Positions 1-8,520 of a DNA stretch of 64,000 bases are shown in pieces. Every line of letters begins with the position of its first letter. The first letter of the stretch is position 1. Origin of the DNA: Candidatus Kaiserbacteria bacterium (GTDB lineage: Bacteria > Patescibacteriota > Minisyncoccia > Phycocordibacterales > UBA918). The DNA is taken from assembly GCA_016699245.1 (NCBI GenBank), contig CP064968.1:15654-79653 (forward strand). The letters are read 5' to 3'. A model generated the notes under the pieces. It was not told the origin of the DNA, did not search any database, and was given only the letters and a program-made list of their open reading frames with translations. The translations under genes were made by a program, and so were the position numbers.

Positions 1-861
1 CACATCGTGTCCAAGAATAAGTGCGCTTACAAATGTGGATGAGAATGAGTCACCGGCACCGGTGCGCGAGACCGGTTCTTTCGGGTCGGGGTACATCGGC
101 ATGTACCACGCGGTATCGCCTTCGAGTGCGTATGCGCCATTAGGCCCGTCGGTAATCACGGGAATCTTTGGACCGAGAGCCTTCATCATGCGGAGGAGGG
201 CAGGAATACTTTGTTCTTGAGTTTTAAGAATCTCCTGTGCTTCTTCTTTGTTACAGAAAAAGATTTCTGTAACCGCGTAGAGGTCCTTCAGTTCCTCATA
301 GCCAAGACGAATCTGGAAGGTGCCCGGCTGAAACGCAAGTTTGGTCTCGGGATGCTCTTTTACATACTTTGCAATTTCGTGATGGAATGCAACACCGTTT
401 TCGCCAATGGATGAGAAGTAGAGGAAGCGTGGTGATGTTTTGAAATCAGGGAGTTGGTACGGAAACTCCTCGTGTTTAATAAGAATAGTACGTTCTGCAC
501 CGTACCGGAGAATATAGTGATAATTCGTCTTTTTGCCTTCATGAATCTTTATGTAGTCGGTATCAATACCTTCTTTACGCAAGGTGTCGAGACAATCACT
601 TCCATTACGATCGTGTCCAAGGCTCGACACAAGCGCTGCGCGCAACCCGAGACGGTGTGCTGCAACTGTTGCATTTGCAGAATTACCCACAGCATTAACG
701 ACAACGACGTCCTTGTACGGAAGTTTGCCACCAAAAGCCATTTCGAGTTTCTTGCGTCCGGTCTTTTCATCTACGGTTACTTTAGCGTCTTCTTGTGATA
801 ATTCAATAAATGCGTCTACGGTCGTGTCGCCAATGGCAACGAAATCATACTGTTGATCCAT
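1..861 (-). CDS. PfkB-family carbohydrate/nucleoside kinase (ribokinase-like); 3' end lies outside the window
   Basis: Reverse-strand translation from ATG at 859-861 runs open to position 1 (MDQQYDFVAIGDTTVD...GAGDSFSSTFVSALILGHDV). The N-terminal GxGD substrate-binding pattern and C-terminal GAGDxF PfkB signature are both present. Absent from the ORF track only because no stop falls inside the window. Confidence 0.75.
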   Translation of the reverse strand, partial: MDQQYDFVAIGDTTVDAFIELSQEDAKVTVDEKTGRKKLEMAFGGKLPYKDVVVVNAVGNSANATVAAHRLGLRAALVSSLGHDRNGSDCLDTLRKEGIDTDYIKIHEGKKTNYHYILRYGAERTILIKHEEFPYQLPDFKTSPRFLYFSSIGENGVAFHHEIAKYVKEHPETKLAFQPGTFQIRLGYEELKDLYAVTEIFFCNKEEAQEILKTQEQSIPALLRMMKALGPKIPVITDGPNGAYALEGDTAWYMPMYPDPKEPVSRTGAGDSFSSTFVSALILGHDV

Positions 862-943
862 AATGAGAGTAGTATAGCATCCCACACTTTGCATCATGGT
901 ATAGTAGGGGGGATTATTACACAGCGTAACCACACAATGCACT

Positions 944-1918
944 ATGGCACTCATTTACATTACACGTCATATTCCAGAAATCGGTATCAATTTACTTCGC
1001 GCCGCAGGGCACACGGTGGATGTGAGCACCAAGGACGGTGTGCTCACTCCACAAGAATTAGTGAGTGCCGTGAGCGCAAAACCGTATGATGCAGTCATTT
1101 CACTTCTTACCGATACCATCAATAAAGAAATCTTTGACGCAGTACCCACGGCAAAGATTTTTGCAAATTATGCCGTGGGGTACAACAACATTAATCTCGA
1201 GGATGCAAAGACTGCTGGGGTAACTATTACTAATACCCCCGGAGTGCTCAATGATACCGTTGCCGAATTTACCATCGCACTTATGCTCGCGATTGCACAT
1301 CGTATCCCTGAATCAGAAACATTTACTCGGACGGGGAAGTTTGTGGGATGGGGACCAGAATTATTTATCGGTACCGACGTAAAGGGAAAGACTCTTGGTA
1401 TCGTGGGTGCAGGGCGTATTGGCTACGAGGTAGCACGACGTGCGTATCATGGTCTTGGTATGAACATTGCATACTATGATGTGGTGCAGTTACCGACACT
1501 TGAAAAAGATTGTAAAGCGACCTTTGTGGATTCAGTTGAAGCGCTCCTTCCTCTCGCGGATGTCGTTTCTATTCATGTGCCACTTTTGCCTACTACAAAG
1601 CATCTCATTAATGCCGAGCGTCTTGCACTCATGAAGCCATCTGCATATCTCATTAATACCTCACGTGGACCCGTGGTGGACGAAGATGCACTCGTCGTCG
1701 CACTTCAAACGGGAGTGATTCGAGGAGCAGCGCTCGATGTGTATGAGTACGAGCCTACGCTCGCAAAGGGTCTTGCATCACTTCCAAACGTGGTGATTAC
1801 CCCGCATATTGCATCAGCCTCAGATGAGACCCGTGGAAAGATGTCTGTCATGGCTGCGCAAAATGTGATTGATTTCCTCGCAGGGGAGGTACCTGAAAAT
1901 AGGGTGGCCTTAGAATAA
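944..1918 (+). CDS. D-isomer-specific 2-hydroxyacid dehydrogenase (glyoxylate/hydroxypyruvate reductase-like)
   Basis: 324 aa with an NAD-binding GxGxxG motif (GIVGAGRIGYEVARRA), catalytic-domain pattern (TSRGPVVDEDAL...ALDVYEYEP) and a conserved His near the C-terminus (ITPHIASAS). Confidence 0.85.
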   Translation: MALIYITRHIPEIGINLLRAAGHTVDVSTKDGVLTPQELVSAVSAKPYDAVISLLTDTINKEIFDAVPTAKIFANYAVGYNNINLEDAKTAGVTITNTPGVLNDTVAEFTIALMLAIAHRIPESETFTRTGKFVGWGPELFIGTDVKGKTLGIVGAGRIGYEVARRAYHGLGMNIAYYDVVQLPTLEKDCKATFVDSVEALLPLADVVSIHVPLLPTTKHLINAERLALMKPSAYLINTSRGPVVDEDALVVALQTGVIRGAALDVYEYEPTLAKGLASLPNVVITPHIASASDETRGKMSVMAAQNVIDFLAGEVPENRVALE

Positions 1919-1939
1919 GGAGTGTAACGACTATATTCT

Positions 1940-2062
1940 AAGAGCCCGTCGTTTTTTCCTCCCCCCGGAGGTAAAAACGACGCGTACACTCATACCTTCT
2001 AAAAAATATACCCTACCTAAGAGCCCGTCGTTTTTTCCTCCCCCCGGAGGAAAAAGCGACGC
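1940..2062. repeat. Two tandem copies of a 43-bp hairpin repeat (AAGAGCCCGTCGTTTTTTCCTCCCCCCGGAGG(T/A)AAAA(A/G)CGACG)
   Basis: Copies at 1940-1984 and 2019-2062. Each is a near-perfect inverted repeat (CGTCGTTTTTTCCTCC / GGAGGAAAAAGCGACG) around a CCCC loop, sitting between the dehydrogenase and rplY. Possibly a terminator or attenuator. Confidence 0.6.
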
Positions 2063-2141
2063 ACCACGTCGGTCATGGTTGAGAAAAGTTGAAGTTTTGC
2101 GTACGTATGGTATGGTAACCCACACAATTAAGCATTACATT

Positions 2142-2768
2142 ATGACATTTTCACTTACCGTAGAGGCGCGTACCGAGCGAGGAAAGAAACTCGTGCAGTT
2201 GCGCGAAGCAGGAAAACTTCCTGCAATTATGTATGGTCCAAAGGAAGAAGCAACTGCTTTAACCATCGACCGTGTTGAGTTTGAAAAACTCTTTAAGCAG
2301 ACGGGAGAATCAAGCGTGATTACACTTACTGGTCTTAAGACTCCAAAAGAGGTGCTCGTGAACGACGTTGCCTTTGATGCACGTCGTGGTGGAGTGATTC
2401 ACGTTGACTTTTACGCTGTTGAGGCGGGGAAGGAAATTACGGTTGATGTACCGCTTGAATTCGTCGGTGAGGCTCCTGCAATAAAGCAGGGAGGTACACT
2501 TACTAAGGTACTCCATGAAGTGTCTATTACCTGTATGCCCGCACATCTTCCAAAGGAGATTCTCGTGGACGTATCGGGACTCGATGATTTTGAAAAACAG
2601 ATTCACGTGCGTGACCTCACTATTCCCGCAAACGTCACTCTCGAAAACGATGGGGATGAAGTGGTGGCACTCGTACAGGCGGTGAGTGAAGAAGTAGAGA
2701 CCCCTGTAGCCGTAGACCTTGGGGCTATTGAAGTAGAAAAGAAAGGAAAGACTGAAGTTGCTGAGTAA
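2142..2768 (+). CDS. rplY: 50S ribosomal protein L25 / general stress protein Ctc
   Basis: MTFSLTVEARTERGKKLVQLREAGKLPAIMYG is the typical L25 N-terminus, followed by a Ctc-type C-terminal extension. The ORF-track start at 2079 adds a non-conserved leader, so the internal ATG at 2142 is preferred. Confidence 0.85.
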   Translation: MTFSLTVEARTERGKKLVQLREAGKLPAIMYGPKEEATALTIDRVEFEKLFKQTGESSVITLTGLKTPKEVLVNDVAFDARRGGVIHVDFYAVEAGKEITVDVPLEFVGEAPAIKQGGTLTKVLHEVSITCMPAHLPKEILVDVSGLDDFEKQIHVRDLTIPANVTLENDGDEVVALVQAVSEEVETPVAVDLGAIEVEKKGKTEVAE

Positions 2769-2786
2769 TTATGAAGCAAATGAAAA

Positions 2787-2822
2787 GGCCCACAATTGCA
2801 GAGCAATTGTGGGCCTTTTTCT
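2787..2822 (+). terminator. Rho-independent terminator after rplY
   Basis: GGCCCACAATTGC-AGAG-GCAATTGTGGGCC stem-loop followed by TTTTTCT. Confidence 0.7.
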
Positions 2823-2877
2823 GTGGGTGAAAAAGTAGATACCAAAGCCTCAAATTGGTATACTACAGACAAGAGTT

Positions 2878-4242
2878 ATGTATATCAAAATTTTGGTACT
2901 GAGTGTTATTTTTGTGAGTGGCAGTTTTTTATTGCCATCCTTTGTGCGAGGCCAAGCACCCGCCATTTGTAACGACGACGTTACGGGGAAGACAGAAGAC
3001 CAACTTAAAATTGACCTTGCGCTCTGTAATGCAGAGATTGCAAAATGGCAGGGTATCCTCACGGGCACACGCGACAAGGTGACTACTATCGACGGCGACG
3101 TAAAGGCGCTCACGGCCAAAATCAAATCAGCCGAGGCAACCATCAAATCTAAAAACATTGCCATCTCTCAACTCACGAAAGATATTAATGTGCGGAGCAA
3201 GAAAATTGACGGTCTCGAAGTACTCATTGACGATGGAAAAAAGTCACTCGCGCAACTCCTCCGTCGTACGAATGAACTCGACGATTACTCGCTTGCTGAG
3301 GTAATACTCGATAGTAAGAAACTCTCTGATTTTTTTGTGGACCTCGATTCTTTTCTTTCGATTCAGCGTGGGCTTGAAGATCACTTTTATGCTGTTCGCG
3401 AAACTATAGCAGAAACTGAGGAGGAGCGAGAACGACTCGGCGAGATCCAAGATCAAGAACTCGATGCAAAATATGATGTAGAAATAAAAAAGAAGACGAT
3501 TACCAAGACTGAACAGCAGAAGAAAGAGTTACTCGCCGCCACAAAACAAGAGGCAAAATCATACGAGCAAATTGTGGCTGACAGACAAGCAAAGGCAAAT
3601 CAAATCAACGCTGCACTCTTTCGTCTCCGTGGTGTTGATGGTGGTGGTATTCCATTTAAAGACGCGCTCGCCTATGCACAGGAAGCGTCTCGCTATACTG
3701 GTGTGCGTGCAGCATTCATTCTTGGTATCTTGCGTCAGGAGTCCAATCTGGGGGTGAATGTAGGACAGTGTCTTCTCACGGATGCGACGACCGGAGCAGG
3801 AAAGGGGAAGAACACGGGTACGCCATTTTCAAATGTCATGAAGCCAGACCGCGATGTTCCGTACTTCATAGACATGATGAAGCGCTTGGGACGTGACCCG
3901 TACCTCACTCCCGTTTCTTGTCCGCAGTCCATCGGATACGGAGGAGCAATGGGTCCTACTCAGTTTATTCCCTCAACATGGAAAGGATACGAGGGGCGTA
4001 TCGCCACTGCTTTTGGCGTCCCCGTGGGTGACCCATGGAATCCTCAACACGCTATCATGGCTACGGCACTATTTCTTCAAGATTTGGGCGCAGCGCGTGG
4101 CGGGTACTCTGCAGAGCGTGAGTCCGCAGGTCGCTACTATGCAGGAGGCAACTGGGCTCTCTATGGTCTCGGATACGCAGCCAGTGTGCTCGGCCACGCC
4201 GAAGTTTACCAAGACAACATCGATTTCTTGAATAATCAGTAG
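2878..4242 (+). CDS. Secreted coiled-coil protein with C-terminal lytic transglycosylase (SLT/lysozyme-like) domain
   Basis: N-terminal signal peptide (MYIKILVLSVIFVSGSFLLPSFVRG), a long charged coiled-coil region, then SLT-like motifs: ILRQESNLG (catalytic E-S), AMGPTQFIPSTW (GLMQ-like) and YYAGGNWALYGLGYA. Confidence 0.55.
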   Translation: MYIKILVLSVIFVSGSFLLPSFVRGQAPAICNDDVTGKTEDQLKIDLALCNAEIAKWQGILTGTRDKVTTIDGDVKALTAKIKSAEATIKSKNIAISQLTKDINVRSKKIDGLEVLIDDGKKSLAQLLRRTNELDDYSLAEVILDSKKLSDFFVDLDSFLSIQRGLEDHFYAVRETIAETEEERERLGEIQDQELDAKYDVEIKKKTITKTEQQKKELLAATKQEAKSYEQIVADRQAKANQINAALFRLRGVDGGGIPFKDALAYAQEASRYTGVRAAFILGILRQESNLGVNVGQCLLTDATTGAGKGKNTGTPFSNVMKPDRDVPYFIDMMKRLGRDPYLTPVSCPQSIGYGGAMGPTQFIPSTWKGYEGRIATAFGVPVGDPWNPQHAIMATALFLQDLGAARGGYSAERESAGRYYAGGNWALYGLGYAASVLGHAEVYQDNIDFLNNQ

Positions 4243-4304
4243 TACCTAGACCTAAACCCAACTGTTTTAAAACGAGCAGGGTTCTATCCTAGAAAGCGGT
4301 GCCA

Positions 4305-4630
4305 CCTCAAAACTCTTATTCGGCACCACTTTATATCTGCACGCATAAGCCCCAGAATTAAAACCTAAAGGTTTTAATTCTGGGGCTTTGCTCCGCTCGC
4401 CCAATGAGGGCTGTGCGAGGCATCTCTAAAGTGGCGCACTCAACAAGTTTTGATACGAAGATGCACATGAACAAATCCGTTGACGCACAACTTTTGCAGC
4501 GCCTCGCGCAAGGCCACGCAGGCCGAGCGGAGCAAAAACCTAGAATACCAAATGCGAAGCATTTGGTATTCTAGGTTTTATGCGTGCGGGGCAAAAGTTC
4601 GTGCCGAGAAAGGATTTGTGGTTTTTGAAC
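4305..4630 (+). mobile_element. MITE-like / structured repeat element, copy A (family with long terminal inverted repeats; other copies at 14626, 22907, 57068)
   Basis: The left arm CACGCATAAG-hairpin-CTTTGCTCCGCTC and right arm GAGCGGAGCAAA-hairpin-TTTATGCGTGC are reverse complements. The outer TIRs (CAAAACTCTTATTCGGCACCAC... and ...AACCACAAATCCTTTCTCGGCACGAACTTTTGC) are shared with the other copies. The central CGTTGACGCAC...CTCGCGCAAGGCC block is conserved in three of four copies. Confidence 0.5.
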
Positions 4631-4705
4631 TTGTACGCAAATAAGTCTTTGGGGATGGGCGATACCGGTTGCCAAATAAAGCAATTCTGGTATAGTGTCA
4701 CGACT

Positions 4706-4975
4706 ATGAAAGCAGATATACACCCAAAGAACTACCGAACAGTCATTTTCCACGACAACTCAAGTGGAGAGCGGTTTCTCGTTGGTTCTACGATTCACAC
4801 GGAAAAGACTGAAAAGTGGACAGATGGCAACGAATACCCGATTGCATTTGTAGACGTTTCAAGTGCTTCGCACCCATTCTACACAGGACAGGAAAAGGTG
4901 ATGGACACTGCAGGACGCGTCGAACGTTTCAAGGCTCGTGTGGAGAAGTCAAAGGCAAAGGGAAAGAAGGCGTAA
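4706..4975 (+). CDS. rpmE: 50S ribosomal protein L31
   Basis: [32 protein letters not shown]...HPFYTGQ is canonical L31. The ORF-track start at 4580 would read through the repeat element arm, so the internal ATG at 4706 is preferred. Confidence 0.9.
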   Translation: MKADIHPKNYRTVIFHDNSSGERFLVGSTIHTEKTEKWTDGNEYPIAFVDVSSASHPFYTGQEKVMDTAGRVERFKARVEKSKAKGKKA

Positions 4976-4980
4976 GGAAA

Positions 4981-5010
4981 AAGCCGGACTCGCACGTCCG
5001 GCTTTTTGTT
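4981..5010 (+). terminator. Rho-independent terminator after rpmE
   Basis: AAGCCGGAC-TCGCAC-GTCCGGCTT followed by TTTTGTT. Confidence 0.6.
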
Positions 5011-5051
5011 GCCTGTAATTTGCTATACTTGAATGGTCTCACATCTATCGT

Positions 5052-6038
5052 ATGGAATTCAATAATGAACATCTTGCCCTCTTTAGGGAAAATCACAAAA
5101 CGCAGTTTCTCTGTGGGCAATTTGATGCGCTTCGCGCTAAGCGTCTGGAAGCAGAAGGACTTGCGCTTGACCCCACGATGGCAGAATTGGTGCAGGAAGA
5201 AATCGCGTCTCTCGACGAGCAAACGACACACCTGTATACAGAAATGGAGCGCATCCTCGAAGATTCTAAAGTTGAAGAAGCTAAGCCCTATGGGGTACTC
5301 CTTGAAGTACGTGCAGGGGCAGGGGGAGAGGAGGCTGCGCTTTTTGCGGAAGAACTCGCGTATATGTACCTACGGTATGCCGAGATGAAGGGGTGGCAGA
5401 CTTCCACCGCATCTGAGTCGCGCGCTTCACAGGGTGGCTTTAAGGAAGCGACATTTGAGATTATTGGTAATGACGCCTACGACGCACTCCGCTATGAGAC
5501 TGGCGTCCACCGCGTCCAGCGTATTCCCGTTACTGAGAAAATGGGACGTATCCACACCTCTACCGCATCCGTGGTCATTCTCCCCATGCGTCGCAAACCT
5601 ATTATTGAGGTGAATCCGAGCGACTTTGATATGGAGTTTTCTCGTTCGGGAGGTGCAGGAGGGCAGAACGTCAACAAAGTGGAAACGGCAGTGCGCCTCA
5701 TTCACCGCCCGACAGGCCTTGACGTGCGTTGCCAGTCTGAGCGCAGTCAGTTGAAAAATCGAGAAAAGGCCATGACTATGCTCATCGCCAAACTCGAAAT
5801 GGCTCACGAGGAAGAAGAATCAAAAAAGCATGCTGCCACCCGCAAGTCACAGATTGGTACCGGTGACCGCTCAGAAAAAATCCGCACATATAATGTGCCA
5901 CAGAACCGCATCACTGACCATCGCATCAAAGAGTCATGGCACAATATCCATGAAATCCTCGCAGGCAATCTTGCTGATGTCGTGAAATCCCTACAACGAG
6001 CCGAGGCAGGAGCTAGTGCTGGCGAGATTGCAGAATAA
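5052..6038 (+). CDS. prfA: Peptide chain release factor 1
   Basis: GGQ motif ([24 protein letters not shown]) plus an RF1-type tripeptide context ([18 protein letters not shown]-x-T rather than the SPF of RF2). Confidence 0.8.
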   Translation: MEFNNEHLALFRENHKTQFLCGQFDALRAKRLEAEGLALDPTMAELVQEEIASLDEQTTHLYTEMERILEDSKVEEAKPYGVLLEVRAGAGGEEAALFAEELAYMYLRYAEMKGWQTSTASESRASQGGFKEATFEIIGNDAYDALRYETGVHRVQRIPVTEKMGRIHTSTASVVILPMRRKPIIEVNPSDFDMEFSRSGGAGGQNVNKVETAVRLIHRPTGLDVRCQSERSQLKNREKAMTMLIAKLEMAHEEEESKKHAATRKSQIGTGDRSEKIRTYNVPQNRITDHRIKESWHNIHEILAGNLADVVKSLQRAEAGASAGEIAE

Positions 6039-6089
6039 GGGGTGCTGTGGTACTATCCGACTGCTCTTTTAATGGGCGTATTTTTAATT

Positions 6090-6836
6090 ATGAATATAAA
6101 TCACACATCGGAGAAATCTCTTATCGAGCGTCTTTTTGACGTTGGTGCACACTTTGGCTTTACGAAGTCACGTCGTCACCCTACTGCAACCACATTTATT
6201 TTTGGGAACAAGCAGGGGACTGACATTATTGATCTTGAACAAACAGCACTCGCACTCGAGAATGCAAAAAATTTCTGTCTCGAAGCGGGAAAGGCAGGGA
6301 AGACAGTTCTCTTTGTCGGCACAAAGGAAGAAATGACCGTGACCGTAAAGGCTCACGCAGAACAGGCAAAAATGCCTTTTGTGGTGAATCGATGGGTGGG
6401 CGGTATGCTTACCAACTTTTCTGAAATTAAAAAACGTGTACAGCGTCTTAAGGATTTGGTAGCTCAAGGAGAATCAGGAGAGCTTGAACGCAAATACACA
6501 AAAAAAGAACGTGTCGTGATTGGTCGTGAACTCGACAAACTCGTACACAATTTTTCTGGTATTCAGCATATGGATCGTCTTCCATACGCAATGATTATTG
6601 TTGACCCTCGTCACAATTTTATTGCCGTAGAGGAAGCAACCGATCTCAATATCCCAATTATCGCTATTGCAAGTTCAGATACTAATCTTCGTCCTATTAC
6701 CTATCCAATCGTAGCAAATGATGCACTTCAATCGAGTGTCTCACTTATTCTTGACGAACTTACCACTGCGTACACTCAGGGTGTTGCAGAATTTACTCCT
6801 CTCCCTACTCCCCGCCGCGAAGAAGTACGTCGTTAA
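6090..6836 (+). CDS. rpsB: 30S ribosomal protein S2
   Basis: LFDVGAHFGFTKSRRHP...KAGKTVLFVGTKEE...FVVNRWVGGMLTNF is canonical S2. The ATG at 6090 was chosen over the ORF-track start at 6042 (hydrophobic non-conserved leader). Confidence 0.9.
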   Translation: MNINHTSEKSLIERLFDVGAHFGFTKSRRHPTATTFIFGNKQGTDIIDLEQTALALENAKNFCLEAGKAGKTVLFVGTKEEMTVTVKAHAEQAKMPFVVNRWVGGMLTNFSEIKKRVQRLKDLVAQGESGELERKYTKKERVVIGRELDKLVHNFSGIQHMDRLPYAMIIVDPRHNFIAVEEATDLNIPIIAIASSDTNLRPITYPIVANDALQSSVSLILDELTTAYTQGVAEFTPLPTPRREEVRR

Positions 6837-6892
6837 TACAAAGCACCGCCAAAGCAGTACTTTGATAATTATTTAATTTGCTCTTTATATTT

Positions 6893-7477
6893 ATGGAAAT
6901 TACATCAGCACAGCTTAAGGAATTACGAGAGTTGACCGGAATCTCTGTTATGCAGTGCAAGAAGGCTCTTGAAGAGGCAGGAGGTGACATGGAGAAAGCA
7001 AAGATTATCCTGCAGAAGAAGGGGGGAGAAATTGCGCTCAAGAAATCAGATCGTGCACTCGGTGCAGGTGCTATTGGAAGTTATGTACACTCCACCCATG
7101 AAGTTGCTGCGCTCGTGCAACTTTCTTGTGAAACCGACTTTGTCGCAAAAAATGAGGAGTTCAGTGCACTTGCACGCGAAATTGCTATGCATGTTGCCGC
7201 ACAGAGTCCTCTCTACATCACTCGTGAAGAAGTCACCGACGAAATACTCGCAAAGGCAAAAGAAGTCTTTATGGCAGAAGTGAAGGATAAACCTGCAGAA
7301 ATGCAGGAGAAAATTCTTGCTGGCAAAATTGACGCATACTTCAAGGACCGCATCCTTATGGAACAACCCTTCATTAAGGATCAAGACAAGACCATTGGAA
7401 CCTTGGTAAGTAATGCTATTCAGAAATTTGGCGAAAACGTTGTCATTAGCGCAATCTCTCGACTTTCAGTAAAATAG
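6893..7477 (+). CDS. tsf: Elongation factor Ts (short form)
   Basis: ITSAQLKELRELTGISVMQCKKALEEAGGDMEKA is the UBA-like N-terminus of EF-Ts, and the C-terminal FVAKNEEF...IDAYF pattern matches. It lies immediately downstream of rpsB, the conserved rpsB-tsf order. Confidence 0.85.
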   Translation: MEITSAQLKELRELTGISVMQCKKALEEAGGDMEKAKIILQKKGGEIALKKSDRALGAGAIGSYVHSTHEVAALVQLSCETDFVAKNEEFSALAREIAMHVAAQSPLYITREEVTDEILAKAKEVFMAEVKDKPAEMQEKILAGKIDAYFKDRILMEQPFIKDQDKTIGTLVSNAIQKFGENVVISAISRLSVK

Positions 7478-7481
7478 AGTA

Positions 7482-7916
7482 ATGAGTACTCTCGAACAAG
7501 TATTTTTAATAAGTGTTTTGTTTGTGGTTGCTCTCGTTTTGCTTTTTCATGTTGAGAGAAAGAACGGTAAGCGTTTTGGAGAGCATCTTCGTATTCGCAC
7601 TGATTATATAGTTCTCAAAGCAACGAAATACGTTCATACGGCACTCAACTACACAGGGCGTGATTTTGTCCGTCAAGTGGCACATTATCTCTTTCATACA
7701 ATTCTTCGCAATGTGCTTGAGTTTACGAGAAGTGCTGAAAAGGGCTTACGTAATATGATACGCATCAATAAGACATTGGCAAAGCGTGCTGAGCGTGAGA
7801 GTGTCACGCGTACTAAACTCGAAGAAATAGCAATTCACAAAGTAGCAACAGCGCTTACCGAGGATGAGAAGCGCATACGTAGGGAAAAGGAATTGCGGGG
7901 CCATCCGCATCAATAG
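7482..7916 (+). CDS. Hypothetical membrane-anchored protein
   Basis: 144 aa ORF with one N-terminal TM helix (FLISVLFVVALVLLF) and a charged helical C-terminus; no recognisable family. Confidence 0.35.
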   Translation: MSTLEQVFLISVLFVVALVLLFHVERKNGKRFGEHLRIRTDYIVLKATKYVHTALNYTGRDFVRQVAHYLFHTILRNVLEFTRSAEKGLRNMIRINKTLAKRAERESVTRTKLEEIAIHKVATALTEDEKRIRREKELRGHPHQ

Positions 7917-8002
7917 GTTGCATTTTTGGACGATTTCTTTCATAATACACCCCGTGCGCAAAAGCGCATTTTTTGTACACAGAAAATATTTATTTTCTTT
8001 GA

Positions 8003-8075
8003 GCCGTCTTAGCTCAGTTGGTAGAGCAACGGTTTTGTAAACCGTAGGTCCTCGGTTCAAACCCGAGAGACGGCT
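8003..8075 (+). tRNA. tRNA-Thr (anticodon UGU)
   Basis: Folded by hand into a cloverleaf. Acceptor GCCGTCT/AGACGGC; D-arm TAGCTCAGTTGGTAGAGC is identical to the E. coli tRNA-Thr D-arm; anticodon stem ACGGT/ACCGT with loop TTTGTAA (anticodon TGT); T-arm CTCGG-TTCAAAC-CCGAG; discriminator T at 8075. Confidence 0.8.
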
Positions 8076-8077
8076 CA

Positions 8078-8419
8078 AAGAAAAGAAATAGAAGTAGTCT
8101 TAGCGAAGGTGGTGGAGTTAAAACAGTGCGGGGCACTGTTTTAAAGTTTTGTAAACCGTAGGTCCTCGGTTGACCAATTTTTCTTACGACCTTAAGGGAG
8201 TTAGAAAAATGGAAATGTCCTTGTGGCGCAAACCCGAGAGACGGCTCAAAGAAAAGAAATAGAAGTAGTCTTAGCGAAGGTGGTGGAGTTAAAACAGTGC
8301 GGGGCACTGTTTTAAAGTTTTGTAAACCGTAGGTCCTCGGTTGACCAATTTTTCTTACGACCTTAAGGGAGTTAGAAAAATGGAAATGCCCTTGTGGTGC
8401 AAGCCCGAGAGACGGCTCA
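8078..8419 (+). repeat. Two tandem 171-bp units of disrupted tRNA-Thr-derived sequence (pseudo-tRNA repeats) plus a truncated third unit start
   Basis: Units 8078-8248 and 8249-8419 are nearly identical. Each has a diverged tRNA 5' half (GTCTTAGCGAAGGTGGTGGAG), a 19-nt palindromic insert (AACAGTGCGGGGCACTGTT) replacing the anticodon-stem 5' strand, an exact copy of the tRNA anticodon loop to T-stem (TTTTGTAAACCGTAGGTCCTCGGTT), a 57-nt insert in the T-loop, and an exact tRNA 3' end (CAAACCCGAGAGACGGCTCA) followed by AAGAAAAGAAATAGAAG. Confidence 0.6.
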
Positions 8420-8454
8420 AAGAAAAGAAATAGAAACTAGGTCACACATGTATT

Positions 8455-8490
8455 AAAAAAGCCCCGATGGTAACTCATCGGGGCTTTTTT
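8455..8490. terminator. Rho-independent terminator (A-tract / hairpin / T-tract; possibly bidirectional)
   Basis: AAAAAA-GCCCCGATG-GTAACT-CATCGGGGC-TTTTTT. Confidence 0.7.
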
Positions 8491-8520
8491 AATCCCTAAA
8501 GTGCGCTATACTCCCATATT

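Noticed and set aside
2079-2141. Upstream starts for rplY (2079), rpmE (4580), rpsB (6042), tsf (6878), rpsP (53248) and rpoB (57828) as listed in the ORF track
   Set aside because: In each case the extra N-terminal residues are non-conserved and sometimes read through intergenic repeats (e.g. the MITE-like arm before rpmE). Conserved family N-termini begin at internal ATGs.
8014-8307. 97-aa minus-strand ORF spanning the tRNA and tandem repeat units
   Set aside because: The ORF is created by the duplicated sequence (internally repeated peptide PRTVLTPPPSLRLLLFLFFEPSLGF) and runs antisense to a tRNA, so it is not a gene.
8078-8419. Possible CRISPR array near the tRNA
   Set aside because: Only two 171-bp units, each composed of tRNA-derived sequence rather than short repeats with unique spacers, and no cas genes. 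It is not CRISPR.
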